From contig NC_042999.1 in NCBI RefSeq assembly GCF_006345805.1, positions 109,182,001 through 109,246,000 of the forward strand: a stretch of DNA of 64,000 bases, in the 5' to 3' direction. The notes beneath the pieces were generated by a model that searched no databases, was not told the DNA's origin, and worked only from the letters and a program-made list of their open reading frames with translations. This document shows positions 36,719 through 50,900 of the stretch, in pieces. The DNA is from Octopus sinensis (taxonomy: Eukaryota). The position numbers and the translations under genes are program-made. The number at the start of each line of letters is the position of its first letter. Within the stretch, counting starts at the first letter, position 1.

Positions 36719-37896
36719 TGCATTCACACACACATTCACATACATATAGATGTATATATATATGTATGTATATATACACACACACACATAAATATATACA
36801 TATACATACATATATACATGCACACATGCATATATATATAAATATATATACCTGCAAATATGTGCAAATGTATATATATATATATGCACACACACGCATA
36901 CTGTTACACTGACACAATATAATTCATATCCTTGCACATCACTAAAAGTATCATATAAATAGTGATATATATGGACATGCGCTCACACACACACAAATGC
37001 ACATGCACACACTTATTCATATACTCTCATACACATATAATTACCTTATGACCAGAAATGAGAAACTCTGAGTGGCAGCTCTCAAACATATCACCTATGA
37101 ATAAGTAATGTTTTTGCATTCTACCTAACGGTATTGCGTAATTTCTTCTTGCCTAATTGCAATTCACACCAGTGTGAAATCATGAAATCACCACACACAC
37201 ACACACAGGCACACATTTATGTATGTGGAGATATATGTATGAATATGCACACACAAACATACACACACACGTATGTATATATATACATACATATATATGT
37301 GTATGTATATATATATATATGTGTGTGTATGTGTGAGTGTATGCATATTTTAATTTTGTGGTAGACTGTCTTCAGGATAGAGAGGGACAAGCACTAAGGC
37401 ATATATGCACAATGTTTTAATGTATATTTGTATATGTATAGACTCATATCACCCACTCCTCTCATGCAGCGAAAGATATCATCCTCCTCTTTTTTCTCCT
37501 GCTTTTTTTTTAAACTTTTATTTCTTCTATGTTTTTTTTTTCTGTTTTTTTTCTTTTACAGTCCACACACACCCACACTTAAAATACAAACACACTGTAT
37601 GCACACAGATGAGTGTTTTAATTTTATTAGTTTCCCTATCTGGTAAAAGGTTATATTCATGCCTTGTTTCAATTTTCCACTATGGGAATATCAGCATCAA
37701 TAACCTTTGCTAAACAGTTTGAAATTTAAATCAATAAATTTCAGTTTTACATTAAAGCTTACATTCAGCTTTTGCAGCAAGTGGAGGCCATTGATGTAAG
37801 GAATATATGCATGGGAAAGTGAAGAAGGGATGAGATAAGGAGGAGGTACATACATGTGCATGAATGTGTGTGTGTGTGTATGTATGTATCTATCTA

Positions 37897-37929
<33 letters not shown>

Positions 37930-38264
37930 TATATATATATATATGTATGTATGTATGTATATATGTATATATATATACTTGAATATATAGAGACAGAGAC
38001 AGAGACAGAGAGAGAGAGTGAGAGAAAAGAGAGGGAAGGATAAAAATAGGCTGTGAGGCCACAAGGAAGGTTTAATTTCTTATTACGTGCAGTAGTATCA
38101 CTCACTTACTCATAACATGTGCACTCTTGCTTAATCATGTACATGCACATACACATACATACATGCATACATACATGCATACACAAACATTTGCATAAGC
38201 GCATGCACTCCATATTACTCTGTCTTTCTACTCAATCACACTACCTCCCCCATACACATATGGT

Positions 38265-38301
<37 letters not shown>

Positions 38302-38789
38302 GGAGATGCACATACATTCATACACACTTACACTGCATAACACAAACATAGCACCTCTCACCAAAATCTAAAGAAAAAAAAGCAATTAAAAAAATAATTC
38401 AAAATATTTAAAAAAAAATTTAAGTAGTTTTTTTTATATATGCTTATATACCTTTGAAATTCCTTATTGTTATTATACTGTATATCATAACCACAACTAC
38501 AACAAGATCTACTACTACTACTACTACTACTACTACTGCTGCTACTACTACTACTACTACTACTATTACTACTACTTCAGCCATTGATAGTAGTAATCCA
38601 TCATAGGCCAATTTGTGTGTTGTTGCTAATTCTTTTAATCTTCTGCATGTGTGTGTATGTGTGTATGTATACATATGACAGATATGTGTGTTTATACACA
38701 TACATACATATATATATATATATGCATATATTCATAATATATATATATATGTGTGTGTGTGTACATATATGTATATATTTATATGTATG

Positions 38790-38836
<47 letters not shown>

Positions 38837-39631
38837 GTGTGTATGTGTGTGTATTACTATATTAATAACTTTATCACTTATCTTAGATCCTAATTATGAT
38901 CTTATTCGCAACCCACACATTCACACACACACCTACACATCACATACCCATGTGTACATCACACAAGTTTATGTATAAAACATACAACATATATATACAA
39001 AAAAAAAATTAATTATTTTCTTAATAGACACAAGAACACGCAAGGCATATATTAAAAGCTTATAAATATCAGACACACACATACATATACATGCATGTAT
39101 GTATATAAAATGCATAGATTCTTGTTGTCTGACAAAATATGCATGTAGAAAACATATAATTAGAAAATACACACATGCAAACATGCACATTTAATGCATG
39201 TATATATAAGAAATACCCACTTAGAAACATGAAAACATACTGGAGATATATATATAAGAGATGTATGACACATACATACAACATATTGATATAAAGTACA
39301 CACATATATGTGTATAAAACAAAACAGATTTTTAAAGAAAATATATACATAAATTTACATATGGTAAACATGTACATACAAGCACACACACACATGCATA
39401 CATAGAAGCATGCATACATGCATACATACATAATATAGTTTTTAGCATTTTCTTGAAAATTTACATTATTGTGTGTTTTTTCTATCACTAAGGTTATAAG
39501 AAAGATAGAAATATTGATGATGAATGAAAAAAAATTACGTATCCGAATTTCTCATTTGTTGTAGAATTTATCAAAGAAATTTATAAATTTCATTGACCAT
39601 AAAGATTTGTAATATGTGTGTGTGCATGCTA

Positions 39632-39674
<43 letters not shown>

Positions 39675-39694
39675 ATAGATATAGATATATATAT

Positions 39695-39735
<41 letters not shown>

Positions 39736-39794
39736 GATATATATATATATATGTATATAGATATATATATATATACACATATATGTATATATAC

Positions 39795-39825
<31 letters not shown>

Positions 39826-39847
39826 CATATTATATATATATATATAC

Positions 39848-39880
<33 letters not shown>

Positions 39881-40551
39881 CATATATATATAATACATAC
39901 ATATACATGTATATATTTTGTATTTTTTATATATGTATGTGCATACACACACACAACACACAACACACACACACATATATCTCAGCTGGGATTATACCTT
40001 CATTTAAATTGGCTATCAGTTTATCTAGTATAGATTATGTAATACTCAAAAACAAAACAATACTTATGTGTTCATCTTGTGGTTATAGGAAAACCTTAAA
40101 ACCACTTTCTGAAGAGTACAGTTTCTGTCATTACCACTGACAACAATTTCCTTTTCTAGGTTGTTTCTGCAAAACTTCCTACTCATGCTTTCATTCTTTT
40201 AGAACTTCTGCTATTGATATGACTTACTCATGACACCTGGCTGTATCATTGTAATATAAGGTTATTTATATAGCAACCTGTACAACCGAAATGTCTGGGA
40301 TCAGTGACCTGTGACCATCCTGTTTTATTGCTATGTCAAAGGAGTCCAAGACCACATTATCCATCATTTTTTAAGAAAGCAACATGTGATTTGGCTGCTG
40401 GAGATACAGTGTAGTTTTTGTTTATTTCATACTGTAAAGGTGCAAAATATGAATTGAGAAAACGGCCCAGGTGTATGTAGCTCCAGGAAACACATTTTGA
40501 GGATATCTTATTGTTTGTTTATTTATTAATTGCGAGTGGGGAGGAGCAGTA

Positions 40552-40698
40552 AAAAAGAAGAAAAAGAAGAAGACGGAGAAGAAGAAGAAGAAGAAGAGGA
40601 GAAGAAGAAGGAGAAGGAGAAGAAGAAGAAGAAGAAGAAGGAGAAGAAGAAGAAGAAGGAGAAGAAGAAGGAGAAGAAGAAGAAGAAGAAGAAGAAGA
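40552..40698. repeat. (GAA/GGA)n purine trinucleotide tract
   Basis: Direct inspection; accounts for the poly-E/K start of ORF 40530-41069. Confidence 0.95.
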
Positions 40699-40749
40699 AC
40701 GCTGACAACAACAGCAACAACAACAAATTCATATGTTATTTGAAGTTGT

Positions 40750-41420
40750 TTCCTGATTCTTTATGCTCATGTTTGCTGGAAACTACAAGCAAAGAAACTG
40801 TAGTTTTGGGGAGAAAGAACAGAACAAAAATATTTCATTTGGTGTTTTTGGAAACACCTCTTCTTCAGATTACAAACCAATATATTTTTTCTATTAGATG
40901 CATGGACAGTCGAAATACTTCAGCATCAACTTCTCAAACTTATTCAATTTTTAGAACTTCAATGGTATATCTTTTGGCTAGTACAGAACACCCCAACCAG
41001 TTACCTGGAATTCTTGAATTTTTTTGGTTTTTTGGTTTTGGCAAATTAAGAAGTATTCCAACTTCTTGATAGTATACTGTTTATATCTACTGGCTTATCT
41101 TGTCATCCATTATGCATTTACCCCAAGTTGTTCACATGGCATGAGTTATGTTTCAGATATTTGTATTAGGGTGTCAATTCACTGAGATGCAACAGCAGGT
41201 GTCCCTTACATTCTTTAAGTACTGTGATTCTAAAAATCTTTCCTTAACATGGAATTCTGTAATGCAAAATCTCTTTCAGTATTGGCTTCCATGTTACATA
41301 ATATGTTACATAATATAGAAGTCAGCAGGAAAATAAATTTCACATCAAAGATTTCCAAGACTTTTTCAGGAACATGACACTTCTCTAATGCAGAGTTTTC
41401 TTTTGAACTCTGATTCTCAA
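40750..41420 (-). mobile_element. Possible highly decayed reverse transcriptase relic (Penelope-like)
   Basis: Broken minus frames give FDVKFIFLLTSI, RM*GTP, WGKCIMDD, EVGILLNL and WLG in RT motif order. Confidence 0.35.
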
Positions 41421-43484
41421 ATAAACATCATGTATAATTTAAACATTTTTATCATAATGATTTTTTTACAATTAATTAACCATAATGCTAGTCAGTTCTT
41501 CGTGTAACTCTTGTTTGAAATCAACTATACAAGATTTTAAGTTTCTACAATTCCATGTAGTTTTGTATTCTAAATCTATTTCCACATTCAGTAATATAAG
41601 TACTATTAATGCAGTCATTTGACCTGTTAAACATAGCAGATAAATCCCCTTTAAATCACATGCTACTATCTTATAAAAGAAAGGACACACTGACTGCATA
41701 ATGTCATTTGAAATGCCAGAAAGGAAAGGATGGTGTGTATTTCAATGTAGGTCTATTTAATCAGGGATGACATGTTGCTCTACAAAACCAAGTAAGAACC
41801 TCCTTGTGGTTGTTCTACCAGTTAGATATAGCACCCCAAAATCTCTGTCAAATAACAATGTCTGAAACAAGAAAGAACATGGAAGATCACAAAGTCCTTG
41901 ACAGAGCCATCTTAGCAAATTATAAACTTTCAGATGAAGGAGTGCTATTGTGCCTACAATATTTATCGACAGTAAACCACTGCATACATAGATTAGAACT
42001 GGGTCCCTAAACTCATGTCAACTAAAGGTAGCTGTCTGGTGTACCCATGCTTTAAAACAGCTCTCATTCTAAACATACTATTTCTGAAATAAGAAGGAAT
42101 TGTTACAATTGGAATACCTTTAAGCACAGGTGTGTTCTGTTGGGCTAGCCTGAGGCTAAAATCACTTGTAAATGACTTTCTCTCTAGTTAAATAATGTGA
42201 TGTCTAATTTATCTCTGCTTTGTATGCCATAGTGAATAATAATCACTCATCTTAAACTTTACAGAAAGTATGCCACACTGTGACATATAATTTGATTATA
42301 AAGATTTCTTCAGTCTATTAATCATGATATTAATTATTTGCATTTATTGATTGATTCTTATTTGACTCTAAAATATTTAAGTTCTTAAAGTTCTGTAGTT
42401 TCTAGACTTTTAATAGATCATTAGATAAGAGATCATGTTTTCTGTCTTCTTTCAAGGAAAGAAGAAATACCATTTTACTTCAACTATTTGAACTGTAATA
42501 TACTATGGATTGTCCAATTTGATAACCGCAACTGTTGCAAGAGTAAAAATACTTTACACCCAGCATCCCAATATGCTGCAAACTATTGATTCCAAAAATG
42601 TATCAAAGGTCCATCTCAAGCCATTGGCTCATAAGGCTGGTTTCCCAGATTCTGTGATATATATTTCTCCAATGGATGGGATGCAGTCCATTGCAGGATT
42701 ATTCAATTTTGCCAGCTGAGTAGACAGAAGCAACATAAAAAGGAATGTTTTGCTCAAAGACACAACACATCACCCTGTCACAGAATCAAAACTACAATCG
42801 TAAAATCATGAGTGCAACTCCCAAACCACAAAACTACATTTCTCCAAAAACTACTGATTAGTTCCTGGGAACCTTATAACCAAGTATGTTACAGTTCACA
42901 AATGAATGATATAAATGAAAAAAGTTTTAGAAGTCAAATTACTTAGGAATTACTTAATTAGTTAGTTGTTAGAGAAATGTTCCCCTTCTTTTATTAATGT
43001 CTAAGTAAAGATTGAAATTAATATTGTGAAAACACAAATCAAGAATTTTAGTTTCTTTGTCACTTTGTTTAAAATCAAAAAATGAATTCCATGGTGTCTT
43101 TTTATTGCAAAAAGTTCGTGTTTAAAAAAATCCTACATCATAATAGTAAAGATTGATCAGATATATGAACATTAAAGATGAACTGAATAGTCTCATTAAT
43201 TTCTAATTCTCCAGTAAAGTTTCATCTCAGAAATATAAATAAATAAAAGTTATTTTTCTGAATTTCTTTATAAACTTCATAAAGATAAGGCTTTTAAGAG
43301 TCAATTGAATATATTCTTCAAATAGAAGATTCAAGTTAAAGAATTATGAAAATATTTCTTTATATATATATATATATATAATTTTTAACTGACACATATT
43401 TCATATTTATATGCATTAGTCATCATTGACCAATTTCAATAGATACCATAATGAGGAACAGCTTATTTCTCTAGTTTTACTTAC

Positions 43485-43543
43485 TTGTCTCTCCATATGT
43501 TGACAAACATGCCACCATTCATAGATTTGAGGACTTAGTTTGT
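43485..43543 (-). CDS. Possible exon (phase 1-0): KLSPQIYEWWHVCQHMERQ
   Basis: Acceptor ggttattcccag|, donor caa|gtaagt, one open frame. No homology recognised. Confidence 0.3.
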
Positions 43544-43629
43544 CTGGGAATAACCAACAAGTGCATTATAAAGCATAAAATGTTGCATATAGGGCAAATA
43601 TTGTTAGTACTTTGCATTAGTTGTTTTAA

Positions 43630-43900
43630 ACTTTTGTAGTTCCTTCTTTTCAGCTTGTCACATCTTAGTTTGTTCAGATGCTATGGCACTTTTTAAGAGG
43701 CTTCACTAGATAAATCACTCTATAAGAAAGCTTTCCCATGACACTAGATTGATACTGAAGTTTTTCAAAGAAGCCTTGAAAGTGTTAGGGAAGCCTTTTA
43801 ACATTTATGCTGTCCACAGGCCAAACATTTCTCCCCATCCAACTTGCAAAGAAAAGACATTTTGAAGGGTGTTAGTCATCCATTTGGGGAAAGTGAATAA
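43630..43900 (-). mobile_element. RTE LINE C-terminal relic
   Basis: FKASLKNFSINLVSWESF...SLLKSAIASEQTKM*QAEKK resembles RTE/BovB-type C-termini. Confidence 0.5.
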
Positions 43901-46900
43901 CCTCACACAGCTTGGTTCTGCATTTGAGATGTAAATGGGAATGATGGGTAATACTATTTAAGGGCCTCAACACCTGGGACCTTGTCCTACCAGTGAACAT
44001 ATAGTATTTTGTACAAGCAGTTCAAATAATATACTGAGCTTTAAATTGCTTTTTGTTTTTTTGGCATACTGTTTCATTAGCTTATTAAAACTCAGCTTAA
44101 TTTGGGGACTGAGAAATTTTCTCTCCTAGATGCTTTCACACTCACTGTAATCAACATATGTTTCCCTACCTTAAAATTCTGAGCTCAAATCCTCAGATAG
44201 TTAAAGTTGGAAAAACACAATTTACTGAAATCAATAAAACTAATCATGAATTGATGAATGCATCTGATTAAGAAGAAAAAAAATTGAATAATATAGGCTA
44301 TACACTCTATTTATTACACTTGTATGAGAAAAATATTGATTGATTAATTGATTGGTTGATTGATTTATAATAACCTTATATGTATTTAAGTTCATTTTGA
44401 GAACTTCTGCCATCACAAAAATTTTGAAATTCCTGTAGGTACTAACCCAGGTCATTTCATTTTAAGTTGACCTTTTCATAAACATTTGTCCCGTAGAACC
44501 AGTGATAAAAGTAAAATCCAGAATTCAAGGACACTCTGCTGTTATATATATATTGAGCATACACTATATTTTAATATTTTCAAAAAATAGCTTCGTTTTT
44601 TGTAGTTGGGGAATATAACATTTCTTAATTGCATTAGCAGTCAGAAACAATTCATTAGTTAAGCATGCAATAGATAACCTTAATCAATGCAATTCACTTT
44701 AAAATATTTAAAGTCATGTTTTATTCAAATAACAACACTGTCACTAGTGTGTACAGGTGTGATGCATTTCTATTTATGAATGCAATGTATACATATGTTT
44801 CTGCGTGTCTATATATGTACGCATGTATCAGTGTGTGCATGTGTGTGGACAATGAATAGATTAGATTTAAAATTTTTGCTGAAGAAGTAACTTTGTTTCA
44901 TGTGAAAGGCCTTGTTTTTAAATGCACTCGCTGTGTTGAATATTTTGCTAGAAATTCAATTAAAGAAGTTCCATGAAATTACTGTTTAGCACTTAATGTA
45001 GAATGCAATTAATAATTGTCAGTGTGTAAGAAGAAAATATTGATAAAAATGATATAATACATAAATATATGTGTAGTTTATTCATTGAATGCGAAGTGAC
45101 ATTACTGTGGTAATATTTAGAAATTATTGTTTATACAAACTGTTGAGTCTTTCATATTTATACTTCTTTCCTTTAAAAATTATAGATTGTTTGTGAGAAC
45201 TTATAAGCAAACGAAAGGAAATATCCACCTCCATCGCTGTTGCTGAGGCTACTACCACTGCCAACACCACTGCCACTGCAACAGTTTTCACTGTTGCTGC
45301 CACCACCACCATCAACAGAAAATAAGAGTTAAAAAAGGAATTCTCTGTAGCGTTTTCTCAAATATGTTCATACAATTTACTCATATTTTAGATTGTAGCA
45401 TCTGTATCTTTATCAGGTTGCAGGCAAATGAAAGAACTTTTTAAAAGCAAAATTGTATTAAAATTAGGGAACAAAAAGAAAAAAAGAAGCTATTTTTGAA
45501 TTCAAGTGAGCTCTCTGTGAATGTACTGCAAATAAAGCAGCTACCAAAATGTTATGATACTTACTTGTCTGAAAAGTTAATATTTTTCTGATGAATATAG
45601 AATGAATCTAAAAGAAATGCTAATTATTTTTTCTCATTTTCTATAATTTGCCATCTTCTGTCTATATTGATGGGATAAAATTTACCTATTTGAACAATTA
45701 TTTACTATATATTTTTACATCTGGAAACATCTTTCTATCACAGACTCAGATATGAAATTAGAACATGTCAGTCAGACAAACTGGTTTAAGCACAATTATG
45801 AACCTTGACAAGACATGTCATGTTATGACTATTAACTTTTTAGTGGTGCAGCATCTTACTCATGTTGTGATTCTGTTTCCTTGGCATCTTCAGTTTCTGA
45901 AAATAACAAGTTTTTGTTTTTATTATTATAAAAGACACAATAGTAAGCACTTTTGTATGATGGCTCTCAAGCCAGTAGGGTAACAACTAGTAGGGTAAAA
46001 CCAGCTGCTGTTGTTTAATTCCAAGTCATTTTGAGTAAGCAAATTTATGATGAAAGTAAAGAACTTCAGTTTTTATAAATATATAGATCTAAGCATTAGT
46101 TATTAAAGAAATATTACTGACAGTTTGTGTCATCTGGATCTTTTTCAATATCTGAAAGAGTATGTCTCAAATTATGTTTTCTCTGTTTAACACTGACATT
46201 TTGGTATTAACGATGATTTCTAATGTAAGCACAAGGTAAGCTTGAAATCTGGAAGAGACTTCCCTTATACATAGTACTTAACTTTATTTTATTGGTGCAG
46301 AAAGAATGAAAGGGAAAATTGACTTCATCAGGATTTAAACTTAAAAGTATAAAAAGTAATTATTAGATACCTCAAAGTATTTTGACTGATGCTCTGCCAA
46401 TTCTGTCAATTCAATACTCTTAATTTGAAGTTAATATTAAATGTATGTAAGGTGGCAAGCCAACAATCGTTAGCACCCAAGGCAAAATATTGAGTCTCAT
46501 TTCATCTATTTTTATATTCTGAGTTCAAATCCTGCTGAGGTTGACTTTACATCCTTTTAGGGTTAATAAAATAAATAACTGTTGAACACTGGAGTCGATG
46601 TAATTGACTTACTCCCTGCCCTGAAATTGCTGGCTTTGTGCCAGAATTTGAAATCAATATTAAATGTATATATTGGGATTATTACAAATTCAAAGAAGAT
46701 CATGGCAAACCACTTAACCTCTCTTTTAAACTGTAAATTAAGTCAGTTGTCATTCATCAGACAACTAATTTCAGTTAAGATACTTATCTTTGAATAGAAG
46801 TAAACAAAAATAAATAGTCTCTGTATGGAACTTGGGGAAAATGGAAATTTATTTAGGTCAAAGTCTAGGAATTACCACACAGAAAGAATAAACATAATTT

Positions 46901-49900
46901 TGAAATGTTTGCCCTTATTGTGAATATAGACAAACTGTTTTCTTCTTCATGGGACTAACAAAAATTACAATTGTATTAGAAAATACACATTATTTTATAT
47001 AAGTATATACAGGAATTAATTGATATTTATCTCATTTACTAATTCTTTCATTTACTATCCTATTATTTGTCTTAAAGATTTTTTATTATGTTTGAAATGA
47101 TATTTTTACAACTATCTAAGGAAAGACATTTGACTGTATTAAGAATTTCTCTGTTTCAAAATACACATTTTGTAAATATTTATAATTATTTATTTGATTT
47201 TTAACAATTAAAGTGATTATACTTAAAATTTTAAATAGAAAATTTGGACCAAACTACTTATATTGATTAATATCCACAAACTTCTTTCTCTGTTGGAAAG
47301 TCATTTCAGCTTATGTATCAAATAGTATTTTCTTTTAAACTTAAAATTAATTGAAACTTAATTTCCAAACCAAATGTTTTTATTATACCATTTGCTTATT
47401 CTGTCTAGGAATTGTTATTTTTTCAATATTACATTTGAAAATACAAGCCCATAGCAATGCTAAAACATTACAAATTGAAATTTTCATATAAATATCCTTG
47501 GGTATTAGAATCCATTTTTAGAAACAAATGCATTGACAGGAAATACAGAATATGAAATATTTACACTCCTACAAGCAGAATAGAAGGCATTTAATTCTAT
47601 AAAATAAATAAAACCAAAAATTTATTTATTGAAGAATCAGATAATAAAGAGGCATAACTCTTTTCATAAATTTACTTGTGGTTTGAATTTGAGAGCAAAA
47701 TATATCTTTTAGCCATAAATATCCACATCAAAAATAGTAAATATATCACTTTTATTCCCACAAACAAATGTCAAAATCCTAACAGTAGAAATGAGTTGGC
47801 TTTTAATATAATCTTTTAAAACGCAAACAACATTTTGAAATTTCTTAAAATATAACAAAAAAGAAAAAATATTGATGAGAAAATGAACAGAAGAGAACTT
47901 TTGATAAATACTGACAGCTTTCATACAGGTAATAGAATTTATATTAATATAAAACAAACCTACCTGAAAAATTTACTGATAGAGAATCCTTCAATTGGGG
48001 TAGAAAAGAATTGCTTCTATAAACTTTCTCCAGCATCAATAAACATAAATTAGTTTGCCTTGATGCCAATGTGTCTTAATACAATAAAGAATAGACAATA
48101 TTAATAGAAGACTAAGAATTAAATAAAATAAAATTTTTAGATTAAGATGAAAACTCTCTCTAACTATCATTTTTATTATGATATATGTAGCTTACAGGTA
48201 AATACTGCTTTGGTGAGTTTAGAGCTGTTGTTGACCAAAATTAATATTTATTTATATATTTATTTTTCAGCACAAAGCTACAAACTGGGATACAATGTTT
48301 ATCTCTTGTCTCAAGTGAATATTGTCAACAGCTAACCACCAAAATAGATATTTTATCAGTATTTACTTCTAGCCATCTGTTTTACTTGTCAGAATCACTC
48401 TAGGGATAAACTTTATTTTTTGTCTCTCTAGGACTTGATTAGCCAAAATTGAGCAGACCTAAGTCAAAGACACTTCATCCAAAACACCTGACTCATCTTT
48501 TTCCAGGTATAATTCATTGGGACTACATTAATCAATGTGTTCTTCATGATGGTGGCACATATTTTGAGGGAGATTTGTCTACTATTTATAATTAGTCAAG
48601 TGACCCCCACAGAGGCTCCATCATTGGTGTATAACATACTGTGTTGTTTCAAGCTATGTGTTTTGTAACAAAATTTGGTCCAAATAAATCTACATTTATT
48701 AAAGATAACTTAGTAACCTTTTATTTGTATCGTTTGTTGTGCCAAGTTATTAAACTTTTATAAATATATTTATTTAGAAGTTGGTATGATCTTTGCTAAT
48801 CATTTCTCATCTTATTTTCCATGTTTGATTATTATTTTTTTCATATTCAAGTTAACTACCCCAAGATCAACACTATTAATAAATTATCAGTTTGCCAATT
48901 CCATTATTTTAAGTAAACCAAAAAAGCCAGTGAATCCTTCAATTTAGTGAGTCATATTTTCTCACTGGAGTTAAGTGTCACTACAAGAAATCTACATAAT
49001 TATTTTCATTCATTGGCTTGTTCCTTTAACGTTTTTCCATGCTAGCATGTTTGTGAATGGAAAGCTATTTGAAGCAGAATTTTACTATTGGATGCTCTTC
49101 CTGTCACCAACTCTCACCAGCTTTTCAAGTAAAACTTTATTTTCTTCAATATTTACTCTTTAGTTTTAATCATACATGAAAATTTGCTCTGCCCCAAACA
49201 CATGTACATTCTGGAGCAAGACCTTCAAAATATTTTGCACTTCATAAGCTTTCATTCTCCAATCCTGTGCACATCACCCAGTCATATTCTTTCCTGTGTT
49301 TGTTTAGATGGCTCGTTTTCAACTGAAGCAACTTAAAATAGAATGTATTGTCCAATGCCATGTTGAACTATTTGGTCAGGGAATCAGACCCATAGCCTTA
49401 TGAGTGATCATAAGTTCAAAAGCTGTTAACCTTATTATATTGATTTCTTTTAAATAAATACTAAACTAATTTTTGTGCAAAAAATGTAAAGTTGATTAAA
49501 CCAAGTAATTTGTTTATATTTATTCTGTCAATTCTGGTGGATATATAACAAAGGCTGACTCTGTTATTTAGATGTTGGAGTTAAAACTAAATGCCTGAAT
49601 GAATAAAATTTGGGGCTGTGTCATTTCTCTCAAGATAAGTTCCTCATTATTCCTTATAGTTTATATTTTTATATCGTAGAAGTATTATGATGATAACCAA
49701 TCTTTTGTGATATATATTATCTGAAAGAGCCAACCTTAAATGATGCCTCTATGTGGTTGTTTGAACTGCTAAAAAGCTTAAAATAACAGCTAAATATTCT
49801 TCAAAGGCAAATACATTAAATAATATTGCTCTAGATACACCTTTCTTGAAATCAAGACTGAGTTGTCATGGCTAGAATGCCTTTGATAATGTCTGCTCTG

Positions 49901-50049
49901 TTAAGACTACTAAACAACAACAGTGTCATTTTAAAGTGTAAATCCCCTGACATAATTTTTCATGTGTTACTTATTATGTGAAAGTTAATCTGTTATTGTC
50001 AAAATTACAAATATGGTGAAAAATAAAGGAAATATTCAAGAATATATCC

Positions 50050-50900
50050 ATTTATTGTCTTCTATACTTTACTTGGTATTTAGTGGTGCTAACTCAGGAT
50101 CTTTGTTATATTTATTACTGACATTTGCTTTGGTTTTCCTTATTTTTTCCATATCACTTTAATCCTATAAACTTCTTAGTTATTTTTAAATATGAGAAAA
50201 CATTGACACCTTCACATCTTCAAAATGTTATTGCTCTTGCTATTTCTTGAATTTTTGGTAATAAATCTATTACTAGCTTTTATTCTAGTTTAATCTTCTT
50301 TCTTAATTACTGCTGTACTTTTAAAATTCACTGCAAAATCCAAACATATTTTCAAATTTACTTTTTATATTTCCAGTTTTATTATATGAAAATCAAGACA
50401 TTTCAAGTTGAACGCATATCATATGTTGGTTATAGGATCTAAAGCAGATTAAGAAAATAATTCTTCTTTTTGGCACTAGGAATTTTCAATTCACCCAAAA
50501 AGATATTATGAAGAAAATATAATTGAAATATTTTCATGACCTGAAAATTCTTTATTTTCATCTTAGGTGCATCTTTCTTTTTATCATCAGTGTATCATAC
50601 AAGTTATTTCCAATTTCTATTCCCTTAGTGGATGAATTTATAAAATTCTCTTAGTTTTTCATTTGGTATCAATTTTTCTATGATACAATAGATTGAACTT
50701 CAAATTCCTACATTTATTTGTATTTGATTATTCTTCAAGTTGAATTGCTGTGGGAAACTTTTTAAAAATGTTTTTATTCAATTGAGTGGTCAATGCTTGT
50801 TGGCTTTTAAAGTCATCTATGATGATACAGCACCTTTTTATTTTGATTTTTCTTTCTGAGTCTGTGTTTCATTGGAAACACAATTTTAGCTTCTTTGAAG
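50050..50900 (-). mobile_element. Old RTE-like LINE relic (region between endonuclease and RT)
   Basis: Stop-riddled minus frames (CCIIIDDFKSQ, EKLIPNEKLREFYKFIH, RIKVIWKK*GKPKQ) resemble RTE-group ORFs as recalled from memory. Confidence 0.35.

Noticed and set aside
40530-41069. 179-aa ORF with a charged N-terminus
   Set aside because: The N-terminus is a (GAA)n tract and the rest is antisense to a probable RT relic.
47709-47957. ORF containing VCGNKSD, resembling a GTPase G4 (NKxD) motif
   Set aside because: No G1, G3 or G5 motifs found nearby, a stop follows shortly, and no phase-consistent splice path was found.
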